Shown in pieces: positions 60,342-64,000 of a stretch of DNA of 64,000 nucleotides. A program made the position numbers and the translations under genes. Positions within the stretch are counted from its first letter, which is position 1. The number at the start of each line of letters is the position of its first letter. The notes below the pieces were generated by a model. That model made no database searches. It had not been told where the DNA came from and saw only the letters and a list, made by a program, of their open reading frames with translations. Source of the DNA: Patescibacteria group bacterium (GTDB lineage: Bacteria > Patescibacteriota > Saccharimonadia > UBA4664 > SCTI01); NCBI GenBank assembly GCA_004297735.1, contig SCTI01000002.1, positions 64,160-128,159 of the forward strand. Reading direction: 5' to 3'.

Positions 60342-62952
60342 CGCCGTTCTCCTTGGCGGGCAGTGTTGCCCCGTCGGAATCGGTGCTGCCAACCGCATCG
60401 GCATCCAGTTGAACCTCGCTGATCAAGGCGATTGAGGCCACCTTGTCGCCTTCTTTGAGGCGCATTATGCGAACGCCCTGTGTTGATCGGCCAATCAGCG
60501 ATACGTCCTTAAGGGCCATTCGAATAACCTGTCCTTGGGTTGAAACAATCACCATATCATCTTTGTCGCTTTGAATCGCTCGCACATCCAGAGTCTTGCC
60601 GGTCTTATCGCTAACCACCCCGGCGCGAATACCAACCCCACCGCGAGCGTGCGTGGTGAACTGATCAACCTTGGTTCGCTTACCGTAGCCGTTCTCCATT
60701 ACCACCAGCAGCTGCATGCCGGGCTGAACCACGTCCATACCTACCACACTGTCGCCGCTGCGCAAACGGATACCGCGTACGCCGCGTGTAGCTCGGCCCA
60801 TCGGTCGGGCATCGGTCTCTTTAAAGCGTATAGCCTGAGCCAAGGCGGTCGACATCACAATCTCGTCGCTGCCGCTGGTCTGCTTGACCCAGCGCAGCTC
60901 GTCGCCGGCATCGAGCTTAATGGCAATCAAGCCGTTAGCGCGGACGTTGGCATAGTCGGTTAAGGGCGTCTTTTTGACGGTTCCGTGCAAAGTTGCCATA
61001 AACAAGTACTTGCCGGCGGTATCCTTGTTAAAGGTGTTGAGTGAGGTCACCTTTTCGTCTGGACCCAGCTGTAACAGGTTGACGATCGCCTGGCCTTTGG
61101 CGGTGCGGCTAGCAGCTGGAATCTCATAGCCCTTCAGTCGGAAGACGCGACCCTTGTTGGTGAAGAACAGCACCATATCGTGGTTATAGGTAAGAACTAG
61201 GTGTTCAACCACATCCTCTTCTTTGGTGGTCATACCCATGATGCCCTTGCCGCCACGGCCCTGGCTGCGATAGGTGTTGGCCGGGATTCGCTTAATGTAG
61301 TTACCCTGCGTTAAGGTGATGATAACCTGCTCGTTTGGCACCAGCTCCTCTTCGCTAAACTTGCCTAGCTCTTGGTCGATAATCTGGGTTCGGCGCTTGT
61401 CGCCAAACTTTTCTTTGAGTTCACTTAGCTCTTCTTTAATAATGCGCAGAATCTCTTTTTCGTCGGCCAAGATGGCTTCGAGTTTAGCAATTAGGTCGCG
61501 CAAGAAGGCTAAGCGATCTTCAATCTCTTGGCGCTCAAGGCCGGTTAAACGACCAAGCTGCATCGAGATGATAGCTTTAGCTTGAATGGTGGTAAGTTTG
61601 AACTTCTTAACCAGGTTCTTGCCGGCCTCTTCGCGGTTTTTGCTAGCGCGGATGGTGGCGATTACCTCATCAATGTGGTCGAGGGCGATCTTGAGTCCCT
61701 CTAAGATGTGGGCCTCGTCTTTGGCCTTACGCAGCTCAAACTCGGTGCGACGTCGAACCACTTGCTGGCGGTGTTTTACAAACTCACGCAGCATCATCTC
61801 AAGCGTCATGACACGCGGCTGAATTCCGTCAACCAACGCCAACATATTCACATGGAATGAGGTCTGCATTGGTGTCAGCTTATATAGCTGGTTAAGAATC
61901 TTTTTAGGATAGCTGTCCTTTTTAAGCTCAATCACCACCCGAATACCCTTGCGGTTGGACTCATCGCGTAGATCGGCAATCCCTACCACCCGCTTGTCCT
62001 TGTGGAGTTCAGCAATCTTGGCTACTAATGATGATTTATTAACCGCGTATGGGATCTCGGTAATTACAATCTGCTGGTTACCCTTTTTATCCTCCTCAAC
62101 CTCGGCCACCGCTCGGACCACGATCGAGCCCTTGCCGGTTCCGTAGGCCTGACGAATTGCGGCGGTACCGTAAATAACGCCACCGGTTGGAAAGTCCGGA
62201 CCCTTAATGTACTGCATTAGGTCGTCAACGGTAGCCTCGGGATTGTCGATCAAATGAGCAATGCCGTCGGCAAGCTCAGACAGATTATGCGGCGGAATGT
62301 TGGTAGCCATACCAACCGCAATACCCATCTGGCCGTTCAGCAACAGGTTTGGAATCTTAGCCGGGAGCACTACCGGCTCTTTTTCGTTGCCATCGTAGTT
62401 AGGGCGGAAATCAACCGTCTCTTTTTCGATATCAAACAGCATCTCGGCGGCAATGCGAGTCATGCGAGCCTCGGTATAACGCATGGCGGCCGGTGGATCG
62501 CCGTCAATTGAGCCGTAGTTACCCTGGCCGTCTACCAATGGGTAGCGCGAGCTGAACTCCTGAGCCAAACGCACCATGGCGTCGTAAATGGCGCTATCGC
62601 CATGAGGGTGGTACTTACCCATTACATCACCAACCACGTTGGCACTCTTACGGTAGCGAGCCGACGGGCGCAGACCGGTGTTGTTCATTGAATACAGAAT
62701 GCGGCGATGAACCGGCTTTAATCCATCGCGGACATCGGGCAGCGCGCGCGACACAATCACGCTCATGGCGTAATCGAGGTAACGATTCTCCATGACGTCT
62801 TCAATTGAGGTAGCCTCTAGGGTGCCGGCGGTGGAGTCGCGCTCAATCTCCATAAGCGCGTTGGCTTGATCGACAGACTCAGCGGTAACCTCTTCTGGAG
62901 TAACTTCTTCGGGGGTTTCTTCAATTGGTGACTGGTTTTCTTCGGGGTTCAT
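60328..62952 (-). CDS. gyrA: DNA gyrase subunit A
   Basis: 874 aa; active-site region [10 protein letters not shown]-terminal beta-pinwheel repeats. Confidence 0.95.
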   Translation of the reverse strand: MNPEENQSPIEETPEEVTPEEVTAESVDQANALMEIERDSTAGTLEATSIEDVMENRYLDYAMSVIVSRALPDVRDGLKPVHRRILYSMNNTGLRPSARYRKSANVVGDVMGKYHPHGDSAIYDAMVRLAQEFSSRYPLVDGQGNYGSIDGDPPAAMRYTEARMTRIAAEMLFDIEKETVDFRPNYDGNEKEPVVLPAKIPNLLLNGQMGIAVGMATNIPPHNLSELADGIAHLIDNPEATVDDLMQYIKGPDFPTGGVIYGTAAIRQAYGTGKGSIVVRAVAEVEEDKKGNQQIVITEIPYAVNKSSLVAKIAELHKDKRVVGIADLRDESNRKGIRVVIELKKDSYPKKILNQLYKLTPMQTSFHVNMLALVDGIQPRVMTLEMMLREFVKHRQQVVRRRTEFELRKAKDEAHILEGLKIALDHIDEVIATIRASKNREEAGKNLVKKFKLTTIQAKAIISMQLGRLTGLERQEIEDRLAFLRDLIAKLEAILADEKEILRIIKEELSELKEKFGDKRRTQIIDQELGKFSEEELVPNEQVIITLTQGNYIKRIPANTYRSQGRGGKGIMGMTTKEEDVVEHLVLTYNHDMVLFFTNKGRVFRLKGYEIPAASRTAKGQAIVNLLQLGPDEKVTSLNTFNKDTAGKYLFMATLHGTVKKTPLTDYANVRANGLIAIKLDAGDELRWVKQTSGSDEIVMSTALAQAIRFKETDARPMGRATRGVRGIRLRSGDSVVGMDVVQPGMQLLVVMENGYGKRTKVDQFTTHARGGVGIRAGVVSDKTGKTLDVRAIQSDKDDMVIVSTQGQVIRMALKDVSLIGRSTQGVRIMRLKEGDKVASIALISEVQLDADAVGSTDSDGATLPAKENGDEPV

Positions 62953-62954
62953 CT

Positions 62955-64000
62955 TTAAATATCCAGGTTAACAACATCTTTGGCGTGAGTTTGAATGAAG
63001 TTCTTGCGCAACAACACCTCTTCGCCCATCAACTTATTAAAGATGGCATCGGCTTTTTCGGCGTCGGTAATACTAACCTTCATGAGCACCCGGTTGGCCG
63101 GGTCCATAGTGGTCTCCCACAGCTGATCGGCATTCATCTCGCCCAAACCCTTGTAGCGAGAGCTGGTTGCACCGAGCTCTTTGATTTTGGCGCCAATGGC
63201 ATCAATCATTTCTGGCTCTTCCTCTTCAGCCTCTGGAGCGGTGGCACCCGGAACAATATCGGCTCCTGGCTCATCGGCTTCATCCTCGGCCGGAGCGGGT
63301 TTTGGCTCGTCCTTGATCTTGCCACTACGCTTAGCCTCAAGTAGCTGGTCAACCAGCTCCTCTCGCTCCTCGTCGCTAAAGACGTAGTGCTTTTTGCGGC
63401 CAAGCTGTACTAGGTGTAGAGGCGGTTTAGCGATAAAGAGGTGTCCTCTTTGAATAACTTCCGGCATATTACGGAAGAAAAAGGTCAACAGCAGGGTTGA
63501 AATATGAGCGCCATCAACATCGGCATCGGTCATAATCACGATACGTCCATACCGCAGCTTACTTATGTCGAACTGGTCACCAATGCTGGTGCCCATGGCG
63601 ACAATTAAGTTCTTGATCTCATTATTACTAAGCATCTTATCGAGACGAGCGCGCTCAACGTTGAGAATTTTACCACGGAGCGGCAAAATCGCCTGGAACT
63701 CCGAGTCACGACCGTTCTTGGCTGAGCCGCCGGCCGAGTCGCCCTCAACAATAAACAGCTCACTGCGCATGCGATCCTTGGTACGACAGTCGGCCAGCTT
63801 GTCGGCCATCGAGATGCTGTCGAGCGCACCCTTACGCATAACGGTGTCGCGGGCGGCCCGGGCGGCCAGTCGAGCGCGGGCGCTAAGAGTCGCCTTGCCC
63901 ACAATCTTCTTACCCTCATTGGGGTTTTCTTCCATGTAGTAGTTGAACCACTCGCTCATCACCTGCTCAACCACACCGCGGACCTCGGGTGAACCCAGCT
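62955..64000 (-). CDS. gyrB: DNA gyrase subunit B (C-terminal part; N-terminus lies beyond the window end)
   Basis: TOPRIM motifs EGDSAGG and DADVDGAHI; reading frame continues open to position 64000. Confidence 0.92.
   Translation of the reverse strand, partial: LGSPEVRGVVEQVMSEWFNYYMEENPNEGKKIVGKATLSARARLAARAARDTVMRKGALDSISMADKLADCRTKDRMRSELFIVEGDSAGGSAKNGRDSEFQAILPLRGKILNVERARLDKMLSNNEIKNLIVAMGTSIGDQFDISKLRYGRIVIMTDADVDGAHISTLLLTFFFRNMPEVIQRGHLFIAKPPLHLVQLGRKKHYVFSDEEREELVDQLLEAKRSGKIKDEPKPAPAEDEADEPGADIVPGATAPEAEEEEPEMIDAIGAKIKELGATSSRYKGLGEMNADQLWETTMDPANRVLMKVSITDAEKADAIFNKLMGEEVLLRKNFIQTHAKDVVNLDI

Overview
This 64 kb window comes from a compact monoderm-type bacterial genome of about 53-55% GC. 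Lineage is uncertain. It has the ftsA-ftsZ pair, a possible T-box-like leader upstream of hisS, LPXTG-like sorting signals and a KGG stress protein, so it is not an actinobacterium. The unlinked rRNA genes fit Chloroflexota or CPR-like organisms. Most of the window is a minus-strand housekeeping backbone: ftsZ/ftsA, map, adk, dgkA, ybeY, rpsU, hisS, relA, recJ, secDF, priA, def-fmt, rbfA-infB-ylxR-rpsA, an eight-gene F1Fo ATP synthase operon, gyrA/gyrB, a 5S-23S pair and a separate 16S gene. Six short segments interrupt this backbone. They have clearly higher GC (60-67%), GC3 up to about 90%, strong Shine-Dalgarno sites and their own terminators. The segments are: three tandem small paralogs at 13.4-14.6 kb; a three-gene island at 26.1-29.8 kb downstream of rbfA; two adjacent actinobacterial-type mIHF/sIHF paralogs plus tRNA-Ile/tRNA-Ala at 44-46.9 kb, lying between the 23S and 16S genes; four translationally coupled tiny membrane peptides at 54.9-55.5 kb; a three-ORF islet at 6.3-6.9 kb; and a single small ORF at 37.7 kb. 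The mIHF family is characteristic of Actinobacteria, so these look like acquisitions from a high-GC actinobacterial donor. No integrase or transposase flanks any of them. Other points: a mazEF toxin-antitoxin pair with an upstream tandem repeat, a low-GC 186 aa gene, leaderless-mRNA promoter architecture at several genes, a roughly 280 nt structured non-coding region with a terminator, expansion segments in the 23S, and several palindromic operator-like sites. There is no CRISPR array and no obvious transposon.
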